Assembly (NCBI GenBank): GCA_963706595.1 | Contig: OY970166.1 | Span: forward strand, 2,784,001 to 2,848,000 | From: an uncultured cyanobacterium | GTDB lineage: Bacteria; Cyanobacteriota; Cyanobacteriia; Cyanobacteriales; Nostocaceae | Length of the DNA: 64,000 nt | Reading direction: 5' to 3' | In this document: positions 20,502 through 31,351 of the stretch, piece by piece | Position numbering within the stretch: the first letter of the stretch is position 1 | How the letters are laid out: each line of letters starts with the position of its first letter | Notes under the pieces: model-generated | Seen by the model: only the letters and a program-made list of their open reading frames with translations | What the model was told of the DNA's origin: nothing | The model's database searches: none | Program-made: the position numbers and the translations under genes

Positions 20502-21228
20502 TTAAGTGTTGGGGAAGAGACGGGCAATCTCTGATTCATCAAAAACTCCTGATGGCAGTTCTTCCCCTAATAAATCGTTATTTTCTTCAATGTTTTGCAA
20601 TGCTTTTTCATCACTCCAAACATCTGACAATACGTCTCTAAAGGCGTTCTCGTCTGGTGTATTCAGACTCATCCAGCATTTCGTCAGACGCAGTTGGTGC
20701 ATCAAAGGAAATCTCGCCAAAATCATCAGCTTCCGGATCTAGTGCTTCATTGAACTCATCACTCAGTTCATTTTCGCTGGACTGGGATTCGCCGACTATT
20801 AGAGTTTGCAGATCGGAATCCATCTCAAAGCCATTTGTATAAGAAATCGCCAGAGTTTCATCTTCAGAACGTTCATCTATGGTTTCTGCTGACTCGTATT
20901 GATTTATCTCTTCTGCTTCTTCGTATGTTTCAGAAGGAGGAATAAAACGATTACCAAGAGCAATGTCTGGGTCAAAATGCAAATCCAGCACTTCAATCAG
21001 AGTATCAGCATCCGGATTAAGCTGGGAAAAGGGCATCATTAACTGTGCCAGTTTTGGTTCCAGCGCATTGACAACGCCCAGGATGAGGTATGAAGGTGGA
21101 CGTTTTCCGCCATCAGGAGTGTAAACGGACTCTGCTTTCATGTGCAGGATAATCCATTCCCGGTTTGCCTGAAAAAATTGCAACCACTTCTGTTTTATTG
21201 AATCCGTAAAGCTATTAAAGAAAGCCAT
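20502..21228 (-). CDS. DUF5331-like protein between chlL and chlN, apparent frameshift near 20660-20665
   Basis: N-terminus with TPDGGKRPPSYLILG; the acidic tail continues in another frame (NTPDENAFRDVLSDVW...EIARLFPNT). Confidence 0.7.
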
Positions 21229-21257
21229 ATTTTTCCTCATCCTGAATATTGATGTTG

Positions 21258-22124
21258 TTATACAATCATCAAGTCTAGTGCCTCTTCTGCATTAGGAACC
21301 TGGGGTTTACCCGGATTTAGATAAAAATCAGACAACAAGGAGAACAATTCACGGTCTGGAGTATCATTTGGTACAACACCTTCTGGACGCGCCAGAATTT
21401 GGTCAGCGATGTTGAGGTAATAATCGCAAACGTAGTTCAGAGAAGGGTCTTGTTCTGCCATTTCAAACAAAGTTTTACCCTTGACACGGGAAACACGGAT
21501 GTCTTCAATTAAAGGTAAGACTTCCAGCACGGGCATAGGAACTGTTTCTATATATTTATCTATCAAATCGCGCTTGGAGGTGCGATTGCCAATTAAACCA
21601 GCTAAACGCAGTGGATGAGTCCGGGCTTTCTCGCGGACTGAAGCCGCAATCCGATTGGCAGCGAACAAGGCATCAAAGCCATTGTCAGTTACAATCATGC
21701 AGTAATCAGCATAGTTGAGCGGGGCGGCGAAACCACCACAAACAACGTCACCTAGTACATCAAACAAAATCACATCGTACTCATCAAAAGCATTGAGTTC
21801 TTTGAGTAATTTGACTGTTTCGCCGACTACATAGCCCCCACAACCCGCACCCGCAGGTGGTCCACCAGCTTCTACGCAATCTACACCGCCATAGCCTTTA
21901 TAAATAACATCTTCTGGCCAAACATCTTCGTAGTGGTAGTCCTTTTCTTGGAGGGTGTCAATAATTGTGGGAATCAAAAACCCTGTGAGAGTAAAGGTGC
22001 TGTCGTGTTTGGGGTCACAACCGATTTGCAGAACTTTCTTGCCGCGTTTGGCTAGGGCGACGGATATATTACAGCTAGTTGTGGATTTACCAATACCACC
22101 TTTTCCGTAAACTGCTAGTTTCAC
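21258..22124 (-). CDS. chlL: Dark-operative protochlorophyllide reductase iron-sulfur ATP-binding subunit
   Basis: [40 protein letters not shown]. Confidence 0.98.
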   Translation of the reverse strand: MKLAVYGKGGIGKSTTSCNISVALAKRGKKVLQIGCDPKHDSTFTLTGFLIPTIIDTLQEKDYHYEDVWPEDVIYKGYGGVDCVEAGGPPAGAGCGGYVVGETVKLLKELNAFDEYDVILFDVLGDVVCGGFAAPLNYADYCMIVTDNGFDALFAANRIAASVREKARTHPLRLAGLIGNRTSKRDLIDKYIETVPMPVLEVLPLIEDIRVSRVKGKTLFEMAEQDPSLNYVCDYYLNIADQILARPEGVVPNDTPDRELFSLLSDFYLNPGKPQVPNAEEALDLMIV

Positions 22125-22437
22125 TGTTGTTTGCCTCTGAATAATTTTTTGTCAAACTTGTGGCTCAAGCTTTTGCCTTCACCTAGCCGCAGATCGCGAT
22201 GTGTGATCTCTGTGATTGTCATTATTGTCGAAAGTACACAGAAAAGAAAGGGGGTTTAAATATGAAAAACCCGTAAATTCGTTTTCTTAAGAATTTTAAA
22301 AGATTATTTTTAATTTATTCTGGATAAAATACTCCAATTTAGGTAATAAGCTCAATAATTTAACTTTTTTATTAACCTTTTTTATAAAAGAGTTACAAAA
22401 GACAAAATAACAGTATGTACTTTTGTATATAGTTTTT

Positions 22438-22640
22438 AGGCATTTCAACGAAGAGGCAGGGGGAAGTGGGCTTTCTAGCAGGGGGAAATGACCCCTTCCT
22501 CGTGCCGTGAAGCGGAGCGGAACATGGATCTGAGTCCCCCACTTCTACAAAGTGGTTCTCGTCCTGGTGGGGTCGAATCCCCATCTGGACTTTCCCCCCT
22601 GCTCCCTGCTCCCTGCTCCCTTGCCTCTTTTTCAACTACC
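22438..22640. repeat. GC-rich dispersed repeat or MITE-like element with CTCCCTG heptamers
   Basis: GC-rich island in an AT-rich intergenic region; AAGAGGCA.../...TGCCTCTT inverted ends. Confidence 0.5.
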
Positions 22641-22849
22641 TTCAGACAGGCTGATCCCCAGCAAAATGGGCTGAGTGGGAAAGTTGTAGACAGAGATGCC
22701 CTATCCAATACTGAAAATACGACTCTAAATTTCCACGGCAGGTATATTGGAAAACGCCATTCATTGCCAAGGACATCTCAGTTATACTTTTGAGTCCGTT
22801 GATAATTTGTTTGTAATAAATTATTAATTTTAAGATATTGCCTGATATT

Positions 22850-23116
22850 TCAAGGTTCCAGTGCTTCAATTTCCTGTAATGATTGCCAGCCAGCTTGCCA
22901 CTGAGAGTTATCTTGTAACAATTTAGCGTTTAACCAAAAGCGCACATTGGGGTCACAGGCAGCAACCATTTCGGCATAAACCCACTTACTTTGATTTTTC
23001 CGGTTAACGACTTGGAAGTGCCGCCAGCCATCGATTTTTTTCTGTGTTGTCCACTTAGAACCAACTAGGTGAGGAAACTTTTGTTTTTTAGGCATTGAAC
23101 ATAGTGAATTAGACAT
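22850..23116 (-). CDS. TIGR02450-like tryptophan-rich protein
   Basis: LVGSKWT....GWRHF.V and W..GW motifs. Confidence 0.8.
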   Translation of the reverse strand: MSNSLCSMPKKQKFPHLVGSKWTTQKKIDGWRHFQVVNRKNQSKWVYAEMVAACDPNVRFWLNAKLLQDNSQWQAGWQSLQEIEALEP

Positions 23117-23173
23117 GGAACTCTAGACACAGGGCATTAGTTTCTCCTGATTGCCCAATAAATTATGATCCTC

Positions 23174-23563
23174 TCAAGTCTCAGGTGTGACTAAATCGCC
23201 ATTACGGGTGTACTTCTGACAACATAATTTACCATCTTGCTCGATACATAGCGAGAACCATCGGATATGGCTCCAACAAGTGTTAATACTGTTGGTAATT
23301 TTGCGCTTCTTTCTATATAACCGTTGTTTTACAGCTTCATTAGGGCAAAGAATCTCTAACGTGCCTTTACCATCTGCGTCGTTGATGATGCGAAATAGGC
23401 AATTTTGCAACATAGCCCGACTACTGCTGTCGAAAAATCGCTTAAAGCGCTGTAACTTCTCCCCTTCGGTCATTTCGCTAATGCGCTTGATTTTAAATAC
23501 TTCTTCGTCCTCAAAGTCAAAGTCATCATCATCAAAGTCATCAGGTTTAGTCATTTTCAGCAT
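23174..23563 (-). CDS. Hypothetical protein with acidic N-terminus
   Basis: 129-aa ORF co-oriented with its neighbours. Confidence 0.65.
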   Translation of the reverse strand: MLKMTKPDDFDDDDFDFEDEEVFKIKRISEMTEGEKLQRFKRFFDSSSRAMLQNCLFRIINDADGKGTLEILCPNEAVKQRLYRKKRKITNSINTCWSHIRWFSLCIEQDGKLCCQKYTRNGDLVTPET

Positions 23564-23584
23564 CGACTATGGGAATGGGTGTTT

Positions 23585-24721
23585 CTAGATTTTTGTTTGA
23601 CCTGCAAAGTTGCTTTGACTCCAACTATGATTTATCTTAATTCCTCGGTTTTGCATGGCTTGGATAAATAAATCGGTTGGTAGTGCTTGTTCTACAGGTG
23701 AAACACCTGGTTTTTTAAGTTTGCCCTCTAATAAGAGTTGGGCAATGCTACCTGTACCACAGCCAGAGGCTACTGCTGTATTTTCATGGACTACAGTGGA
23801 ACAATAAACGGCTGTTTCACCATTTTTTTGACCTGTAACTTCTGAACGCACCGCTACGCCAATCCCACTGAAATTATTGGTGAAATCTGTCATCAAGTGG
23901 CTGACGCGCGACAAAAATTCAATCATGTAACGACGCTGCATTAACCATTTAGGAAATATATGAGCGGCCATCCAAGTCAGGTGGTTATAAAAGTCGGGAA
24001 TAGAGCCAAACTTGGTAATTACAGTTTTAACTGAGGGGAAGGTGTGGGGCATTGTAAAGGTTTCTGGCATATCAAACCAGTAAACGCCACTGCGTCGATA
24101 TGGAGAGGGAAAATCAACTAGTTCTCTTTGACTATAAGGTTGGATTTTTTGCCATTTCTGATCTACCCAAGCTTCAAAAGGATATTGCAATCCTAAAAAG
24201 GTTGTCCGCATGACTGTAACCCCCGCCCCACCCGAACCAGAGACTAAATAACTTAAATGTATTTTTTCTGGCTGATCAAATTGCTCGGCACACTGACGTA
24301 CCATGCTGTTAGAGATTCCGGGAAAAATGCCGGTATTAATAATTGCTGTCACACCAGCAGCAACAGCTTGTTCATGGTAATTTAGAGCCTTGCTAGTATA
24401 AGAGCGATGGTCACTGACATCTATATAGTTAACGCCTTGTTCAATGCAAATTTTAAGAACATTAGCATCTCGGTAGTGAAATGGACCAGCACAATGGATA
24501 ACTAAATTCGAGTTGGCGATCGCCTCTCTCAATTTATCAACTTCTGCCAAGTCCAACACCAAAAAATCAACTTTCTTACCCAAAGGCAAACTGACGCTCC
24601 GCCCTGTCTCTGGGGAACGTCCAGTAATGGTAATTTGTGCCTGTGTGTGGGTGGCTAAATCCGCCGCAACATTGCTACCGATCCGCCCTCTGCCACCAAG
24701 TATCAAAACGCGCTCTGTCAT
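23585..24721 (-). CDS. Saccharopine dehydrogenase-like NAD(P)-dependent oxidoreductase
   Basis: VLILGGRGRIG Rossmann motif, HCAGPF, YIDVSD, TGIFPGISN. Confidence 0.88.
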   Translation of the reverse strand: MTERVLILGGRGRIGSNVAADLATHTQAQITITGRSPETGRSVSLPLGKKVDFLVLDLAEVDKLREAIANSNLVIHCAGPFHYRDANVLKICIEQGVNYIDVSDHRSYTSKALNYHEQAVAAGVTAIINTGIFPGISNSMVRQCAEQFDQPEKIHLSYLVSGSGGAGVTVMRTTFLGLQYPFEAWVDQKWQKIQPYSQRELVDFPSPYRRSGVYWFDMPETFTMPHTFPSVKTVITKFGSIPDFYNHLTWMAAHIFPKWLMQRRYMIEFLSRVSHLMTDFTNNFSGIGVAVRSEVTGQKNGETAVYCSTVVHENTAVASGCGTGSIAQLLLEGKLKKPGVSPVEQALPTDLFIQAMQNRGIKINHSWSQSNFAGQTKI

Positions 24722-25182
24722 TACTCAAGTATAGGCAACACTAACTCTTATTTGAACAGCTTTTCCTCTAATTTGCCATCGGTGACAAGTATGGCTTACC
24801 CAAAAAAGGTGCAAAGAATAGTGTTGGAGATGAACGGGTTGAATTTTTTGGTCAACCTGATCAACCTGATATATTTTCCAGTGTGTAAAAACTTGGTAAG
24901 AAATTACTGAGAAAGTTGCAAATAAAAGATCAAAAAACTTATGTGGACAAAGCCACTTTAATTATAAAATTTTTCAGTGCTTTTCATCACTTTCGTGTTT
25001 AACATGATCTTATGCTTTAGACAGAAGCTTTGAACTTTTAACAGAATTAAAGTTGAAAAATAAATGACCAAGATCAAGCTCACCATTTATCACTGAAAAA
25101 GAGTTAAACACAGTTGATAATACGGCAAGATTTTGGGCAATTTCTATCAAATGACTTGCTGCTATAATTTCAGGAAATCCTA

Positions 25183-25500
25183 ATGAAAGCAAACAAGAAT
25201 ACAAGTTTCTTCAAAATACTTGCTAGCCTTGTGGGAGCCGCTGGTGTGAGTGCTTTGATGAGTTTCCCAGCATTCGCACTAACCAATTCAACCAGAGATA
25301 CGACTGGCACTTTACACTCTCAAGCAGTACCACCCACGGATGATACTACTCCCGAAAAGCAACCAGGCGAGGGAGATAAGCCAGGTCAACCAAGTCAGCC
25401 GGGTCAACCAGTTCAGCCAGGTCAACCAGGTCAACCAGGTCAGCCAGGTCAGCCAGGTCAGCCAGATCAACCAGACGAGACCATGCCTGGACAAAATTAA
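25183..25500 (+). CDS. Small secreted protein with (QPG)n repeats
   Basis: Signal-peptide-like N-terminus ending PAFA; 9-nt repeats at 25381-25473. Confidence 0.75.
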   Translation: MKANKNTSFFKILASLVGAAGVSALMSFPAFALTNSTRDTTGTLHSQAVPPTDDTTPEKQPGEGDKPGQPSQPGQPVQPGQPGQPGQPGQPGQPDQPDETMPGQN

Positions 25501-25600
25501 AGCATTCAGAGCCGCAGGATGTATTTTTTATTTCATTTTAAAAGTAGATGCTGTGGCTCATAAACAAGATTCAAAAAAAGTATTTGGATTTAAGGTAATA

Positions 25601-25688
25601 AGTAGCTCAAACTTAAAAAACGTAATACCCAGATCCCCGACTTCTTCGAGAAGTCGGGGATCTATATCGTCGAGGTTTTATGTTTAAT
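25601..25688. mobile_element. Inverted, one-end-truncated copy of the 16528-16629 MITE
   Basis: Near-identical reverse complement; contains the 33-bp palindrome at 25631-25663. Confidence 0.8.
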
Positions 25689-25870
25689 GCGGTCAGAAAT
25701 TTTGCAGCAAGCAGTAGAAGGTACTAACGACGCTAAATAACTACGCATGAAGAGATGATGTTGCGGTTTAGCGCTCAAGCGCAACTACGAGGGAATTCCA
25801 GATATTTGCTCTTTCGTTACATAGCTTTGTTTTTTCTCACCAACTTAACTTAGGAGATAATTTTAAAAAG

Positions 25871-26479
25871 ATGAATTTATACTTTGGGAACTTGGTGAAA
25901 AAACTCGCTTATGTAATGGGAGTTAGTAGTGCGATCGCGATTACTAATTATATCCAAATTGATCATATAGCGATCGCACAAACATCCTCTAATATATCTA
26001 CAACAACTGTGGGAGCTAAAGACTCACAAAATAGCCTGAATGAGGTGGACCGAATCTATATACAAGAAGCCGCACAAGCCGGAATGGCTGAAGTTGAAAT
26101 AGCAAAACTGGCATTAGAAAAGTCGGACAACGAAAACGTCAAACAATATGCCCAAAAAATGATTCAAGATCATACGCTTTTAAATCAGGAATTAATACAA
26201 TTAGCTCAACAAAAGGGAATGACTGTACCAAGTAATATGGGTTCCAAATATCAAGCCTTAAAAGCACAACTATCAGCACTTTCTGGCGAAAATTTTGACC
26301 AAGCATATACAAATGAAGCTGGCGTTAACGGACACATGGAAAATTTAATCATTCATACCCGTCAGTTACAGCTAGGTCAAGACCCAGACTTGCAAGCCTT
26401 TGCTGTCAAAAATATCCCCATTGTAGAGGCACACTTGCAATTGGTTGAGCTTCTGTTAATGTCGCCCACTCAGCAATAA
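25871..26479 (+). CDS. DUF4142 domain secreted protein
   Basis: AA..GMAEV..AKLA, VKQYAQKMIQDH, G..FDQAY, DPDL.AFA....P....HL. Confidence 0.88.
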   Translation: MNLYFGNLVKKLAYVMGVSSAIAITNYIQIDHIAIAQTSSNISTTTVGAKDSQNSLNEVDRIYIQEAAQAGMAEVEIAKLALEKSDNENVKQYAQKMIQDHTLLNQELIQLAQQKGMTVPSNMGSKYQALKAQLSALSGENFDQAYTNEAGVNGHMENLIIHTRQLQLGQDPDLQAFAVKNIPIVEAHLQLVELLLMSPTQQ

Positions 26480-26919
26480 ACAATAGTTTTTTTATGCACT
26501 AAAAAACTGTCCTCAAGGAGGAGTGATTAGTTGGGAATTAAAAGTCTTTTTTAATCTCTGATTGCTAAATATTTATTAAAACAGCAACTAAATTTTAGCA
26601 TAATTTTTTACCTCTGATTGGGGTGAAAGCTAATATATGAAAGAGTTTATACTGATTTATAACCAGGATCAACGATTTGTGTAAGTGTAATTAAATATGT
26701 TTTTTCTGTGAAGACAGCCTTAAATATTTGACGCTAGCAATGGGTATATGAGAATATAATTGAGTAAATTAACTATAAGTCAGTGAATCTAAAAATACCT
26801 GATTGACTCTCACTATATGTTGATAGATAGTTTATACCGGCCGGGAAAAAATTTTTAGCGATTCGCACTTCTAGAGGATTTTCACTGACAACATTCAACT
26901 TTTTAGAGGAATCGGAATA

Positions 26920-27615
26920 ATGGCTACTTCAACAATGATCAGAAAGTTATCAATGCCTTTGTCCATTGTCGCTGCTGCTGGACTAGCATTTGGCACAGCT
27001 ACAGGTGCAAACGCCACCTCTTTTTCAGGCTCAGGAACCGGCTTTAGTATCCCAGATAATAATGCTACTGGTGCGAGCAGCACTATCACCATCACCGATG
27101 ACTTAATAATTAGCGATATGACAGTTACGCTGAATAATCTCACCCACACCTGGATAGGGGATCTGGTTGCCAGTTTGACTAATCTCAATACAGGCACAAC
27201 AGTAGATTTATTTAACAGAATTGGTAGAACTGGTGGTTCTGGTTTTGGTGACAGTAGCAATTTTGGTGGCAATTACAGCTTTAACGATGCCTCCACTGGC
27301 AACCTGTGGACAACAGCAGCAGGAATAGACACATCGACTACTATCCCTACTGGCGAATATTTTTCTACAACAACGAATGGAGCGGTTAGCTTGCTTTCTG
27401 CGTTTAGTGGGCAGTCAGCACTCGGCACTTGGCAACTAAGTATCAAAGACTTAGCCGGCGGGGACACGGGAAGTTTTGCTTCTTGGAGCATTAGCGGACA
27501 AGGCCAGCCTGTTCCTGAACCAGCTTCTGTACTCGGTTTATTCGCTTTTGGTGCGATGAGTGCAGGTTCAATGATTAAACGCAAACAGCAACAAAAAGCA
27601 ACAGTAAAAGCATAA
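26920..27615 (+). CDS. PEP-CTERM protein with proprotein-convertase P-like domain
   Basis: Signal peptide; IPDN, HTWIGDL, GTWQLSIKD..GGDTG; C-terminal VPEP, TM segment and KRK. Confidence 0.9.
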   Translation: MATSTMIRKLSMPLSIVAAAGLAFGTATGANATSFSGSGTGFSIPDNNATGASSTITITDDLIISDMTVTLNNLTHTWIGDLVASLTNLNTGTTVDLFNRIGRTGGSGFGDSSNFGGNYSFNDASTGNLWTTAAGIDTSTTIPTGEYFSTTTNGAVSLLSAFSGQSALGTWQLSIKDLAGGDTGSFASWSISGQGQPVPEPASVLGLFAFGAMSAGSMIKRKQQQKATVKA

Positions 27616-27722
27616 GTTAACAGTTCCAATCAACCTTTTAAAAAAATTCAAGCATCTACCCAAATACTTGATGTATTAGGGTTTTACAAAAAATCAAATC
27701 CTCAGTCCTCATTGTAGAGGGC

Positions 27723-27765
27723 GAGAAGTCAGGACTAATATTGGCAGCCCTGACTTCTCCTTTTT
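27723..27765 (+). terminator. Putative intrinsic terminator
   Basis: GAGAAGTCAGG...CCTGACTTCTC followed by CTTTTT. Confidence 0.6.
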
Positions 27766-27774
27766 GTAATACCC

Positions 27775-27807
27775 AGATCCCCGACTTCTTTAAGAAGTCG
27801 GGGATCT
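27775..27807. repeat. 33-bp palindromic dispersed repeat (copy 4)
   Basis: AGATCCCCGACTTCTTTAAGAAGTCGGGGATCT. Confidence 0.9.
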
Positions 27808-27856
27808 ATCTATGCGAATGAAATGGAAAGGACTAAAGTCCTGACTACGAACTTCT

Positions 27857-28330
27857 TTAACAAGGCATTAACGCATTTTGTCTTCCTAAAACTTCCATAT
27901 CTTCTGCATCTAACTCCACAGGAATACCACTGCGAATTAATTCGGAAAAATCTTCATTAGGAACCATCACAGTTAAAGTGTACAAGCGAGTATTACCTGT
28001 ATTTTTAATCAAATGAGTTCCCGTTGGAGGTACTAACAAACTATCCCCGGCTTTAATTTTGACACTCTTCCCATCACACATAGCTATGGCTTCCCCTTTG
28101 AGGACAAAAAACATTTCCACAGCCCATTGATGACGATTTGGTGGTGTTTGTCCACCCACATCAAAAATTTCGATGCAGCAAGTTAAAGAAGTATTAGCAT
28201 TGATAGAATCAAAAATAATCGCCAGCCGATTAGAATCATTGGGACTAATACGATATGTTTGATAGTCTTTGGGTGACTTAATCACAGGAATTACACATTT
28301 AGTAGCTTGCATTGATTTATCCCTTTGCAA
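27857..28330 (-). CDS. Cupin domain protein
   Basis: TPPNRH...EMFFVLKGE and GDSLLVPP.GTH.IKN motifs. Confidence 0.88.
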   Translation of the reverse strand: MQRDKSMQATKCVIPVIKSPKDYQTYRISPNDSNRLAIIFDSINANTSLTCCIEIFDVGGQTPPNRHQWAVEMFFVLKGEAIAMCDGKSVKIKAGDSLLVPPTGTHLIKNTGNTRLYTLTVMVPNEDFSELIRSGIPVELDAEDMEVLGRQNALMPC

Positions 28331-28354
28331 TTGATAACTGTAAATACTCTTTAC

Positions 28355-29125
28355 TTAAAAAGAAAGTGCTTTTAAAATCGCTTCTGAGTCAGTCACAAAA
28401 CCAAAACATTGGTTAACGTTATATAGTGTCGCTAGCCAACAATACTCAGGAGAAGTAGTAGCTGTGCAATTCTTAACTAAAATGCAGTCATATCCTAAGA
28501 AGTTAGCATCACATAGAGTGGACATCACACATTGATCAGCATTGACACCTCCAAATAATAGTGTCGTTCTTCCCAAGTTCCGCAGAATACTATCTAAAGG
28601 CGTATCCCAAAACCCACTCATGCGGTATTTATCCACACAGATGTCTTCTGGTAGCTGTGGAAGTTCATCTACCACCGCCGCCGCCCAACTCCCGGCCATG
28701 AGGACTTTAGCACCGTTGCTGGGCAGAGGATCGCCCAATCCTACGCCTTCGCCTGTGGGGTTGTAGACGTGTAGTAAACCAGCACTAATATTTAATAAGT
28801 CGGGACGATTCCCCCAGTTAAGCCAAATTATCGGCACACCCGCCGCACGTAGTTCTGGAAGTAAGCTATTTAAAGGTGCTATGGGCTGACGTGCTGGTGT
28901 GACATCCACGCCGATATGCGCTAACCATCCATCGGGGTGACAGAAGTCGTTTTGCATATCAATGATGATGATGGCGGTTTTTGCCAAGTCCAGGTGCAGA
29001 GTTTTGGTTTCTGTTGGTAAAATAACCGGTTGTGGGGTCTTTGGCGGACGAGTAATATCTGCGATCGCCTGATTCACCGTCCACGCATTTGGTTCAATTC
29101 CCAATGTCCGTAATGGCAGATTCAT
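28355..29125 (-). CDS. Isochorismatase-family cysteine hydrolase
   Basis: IDMQNDF (Asp), DKYRMSGF (Lys), GVNADQCV (Cys) catalytic triad. Confidence 0.92.
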   Translation of the reverse strand: MNLPLRTLGIEPNAWTVNQAIADITRPPKTPQPVILPTETKTLHLDLAKTAIIIIDMQNDFCHPDGWLAHIGVDVTPARQPIAPLNSLLPELRAAGVPIIWLNWGNRPDLLNISAGLLHVYNPTGEGVGLGDPLPSNGAKVLMAGSWAAAVVDELPQLPEDICVDKYRMSGFWDTPLDSILRNLGRTTLLFGGVNADQCVMSTLCDANFLGYDCILVKNCTATTSPEYCWLATLYNVNQCFGFVTDSEAILKALSF

Positions 29126-29208
29126 AAATTACAACACCTAACACAGTTCTTAAATTTGTAACTTGAATTGCTACTGTTTGTTTAATTACTTAATTAAGGT
29201 TAAATAAA

Positions 29209-30606
29209 GTGAATTTTACGATTCAAAACGTTCTGATTGCTGTCGATGATGCTTATCTGAGCGTAGATGTACAGGTTGTTGATGGTAAAATAGCGTCTAT
29301 CGCACCCAATTTAAATGTCATTGGTACTGCTATTGATGGTAGCAATAAACTATTACTTCCGGGTTTCGTTAACGCCCACACCCATTCATCAGAAATGTGG
29401 CAACGGGGAATAATGTCACTTTTTCCTTTAGAATTATGGCTAGCCGAATTATATGACTTTACGCCCTTAGATTTAGAAAAAGTTTATCTGAGTGCTTTGG
29501 GAACAGCTGTAGAAACTTTACTTTCCGGTGGGACGAGTGTAGTTGACCATTTGGTGTTAACTCCGGGGCTAGAATTAGAAACCATCGCTACTGCGGTGCG
29601 TGCTTACACAGAAGTGGGAATTCGGGCTTTTATTGCGCCACTAATTCAAGATGAATCCCTCACCGCCGGTATACCTTCAGGGGAGACAGTGCAGAATCAT
29701 GAACCTTATTTTCGTTCAACTGCGGCGACATTAGAAATTATCGAAGCAGCGGTGAAAAAATTTCATCGTCCTGAAGCGGGAATGAATATTTTAGTTGCAC
29801 CCACGGGGATACAATTGTGTAGTGATGCTTTATTTACAGGGTGTATTGAATTAAGCGATCGCTATAATCTTTGTCGTCACTCCCACTTATTAGAAACCAA
29901 AGCCCAAGAAAAACTCGCCCAAGAAAAATACGGATGTACTGCGGTTGAACATCTGCAACGCATTGGATATTTAGGCGATCGCACATCATTGGCACATTGT
30001 GTCTGGTTAACCGATACTGATATTACCATCCTCGCCCAAACCCAATCAACAGTAGTCCATAACCCCTTGAGTAACCTGCGTTTAGGCAGTGGTATCGCCC
30101 CAATTTTAAAATATATAAAAGCAGGGGTAAACGTGACATTTGGCTGTGATGGCGCTTCTAGTAACGACTCCCAAGACCTCCTAGAAGCCATCAAAATGGG
30201 TTCCATCTTGCACAACATTACAGACTCAGACTATCAACACTGGATCACACCCAGAAAAGCTGTAGAAATGGCATCATTAGGAGGTGCAAAAGGACTAAAT
30301 ATAGCGGATAAAATCGGTTCTCTCACCATAGGGAAACAAGCCGACTTAGTAATGTATGATTTAACAAATTTATCATTACTACCCCGGACAGATCCCATTG
30401 GCTTATTAGTATTAGGTCGCCCCACAAATGTTGTCCATAGCGCCTGGGTAAACGGAAGACAAATTGTTACCAATCATCAGATTAATACCATTAACGTAAA
30501 TAATTTACAGCAAGAATTATTTAATCGTAGTCAGTGGGAAACGAAACGCAAATCTCAAACCGTCACCCAAATAGAAACACATTATCGCCAAGTCATGGAC
30601 TTATAA
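29209..30606 (+). CDS. Amidohydrolase-superfamily deaminase/chlorohydrolase-like protein
   Basis: PGFVNAHTH, HSHLLE, AHCVW, HNPLSNLRLGSG, GCDG. Confidence 0.9.
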   Translation: MNFTIQNVLIAVDDAYLSVDVQVVDGKIASIAPNLNVIGTAIDGSNKLLLPGFVNAHTHSSEMWQRGIMSLFPLELWLAELYDFTPLDLEKVYLSALGTAVETLLSGGTSVVDHLVLTPGLELETIATAVRAYTEVGIRAFIAPLIQDESLTAGIPSGETVQNHEPYFRSTAATLEIIEAAVKKFHRPEAGMNILVAPTGIQLCSDALFTGCIELSDRYNLCRHSHLLETKAQEKLAQEKYGCTAVEHLQRIGYLGDRTSLAHCVWLTDTDITILAQTQSTVVHNPLSNLRLGSGIAPILKYIKAGVNVTFGCDGASSNDSQDLLEAIKMGSILHNITDSDYQHWITPRKAVEMASLGGAKGLNIADKIGSLTIGKQADLVMYDLTNLSLLPRTDPIGLLVLGRPTNVVHSAWVNGRQIVTNHQINTINVNNLQQELFNRSQWETKRKSQTVTQIETHYRQVMDL

Positions 30607-30678
30607 ACAGCACAAAAACCTTCTTTGCGAACCTTTGCGCTAACCTCCGCGCCCCTTTGCGTTAAAATCTTAAACTTG

Positions 30679-31134
30679 TTAACGCTTAACATAACCCAAC
30701 CGCCAATTATCCGGTTCCTTCAACTCATCTAGCTTACCCTGAGCAATTAACTTCAGAGCAATACGAGTGTTTAGAAATCCCCTATTTATAGTATAATACT
30801 TTGGTGGTTGCTCAACTCCAGATGAAACCTGGCCAATATCCTGAATTCGTCCGCAATAAGTTTTAGTTCCAGGTGTTGTGACTGTGAATAAACCATCACT
30901 TTTGTATCCACTAGGAATTATAAATATAGCGTAGACATTATGTTGACCACGCCAAGGTTGAACTACTAACTTCTCAGGATGAGTGTAGTATTTTTCATCT
31001 TTTGGTCTATTGAATCCCCATTGCTGACAGGTAATTATAGGACGTTTTTCGGAGATGTAAGCAGAAATCTCCGAAAATCCTAGAACGCTGAATAAGCTAA
31101 GTAAGAACAATATGTAAAGTATGATTTTTCTCAC
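30679..31134 (-). CDS. Hypothetical exported protein
   Basis: N-terminal hydrophobic signal; 151 aa. Confidence 0.7.
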   Translation of the reverse strand: MRKIILYILFLLSLFSVLGFSEISAYISEKRPIITCQQWGFNRPKDEKYYTHPEKLVVQPWRGQHNVYAIFIIPSGYKSDGLFTVTTPGTKTYCGRIQDIGQVSSGVEQPPKYYTINRGFLNTRIALKLIAQGKLDELKEPDNWRLGYVKR

Positions 31135-31351
31135 TTGTCAAATACTAAGCTAGTTCTTTAAGATTATATTTTAGCTAGTAAATCAAAAATGTGACCGATG
31201 TTAGTTATTGATTTCTTTCTTGGTCACTCGAAATTATATTCACATTCACAGCCAAAGCCTTCAGTGATAGCTTTTTTCTGGCTTTACCTGTAGGTGATAT
31301 TTTTAAGACTTTAATCCTGCTAATGTCTTTTTTTTAACTTGAATATAAACA

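Noticed and set aside
22393..22869. Several overlapping short ORFs upstream of chlL
   Set aside because: They arise from a GC-rich repeat element and adjacent intergenic sequence; no coding evidence.
25381..25473. Tandem repeats as a possible CRISPR array
   Set aside because: The units are 9 nt with no spacers and encode in-frame QPG repeats; no cas genes are present in the window.
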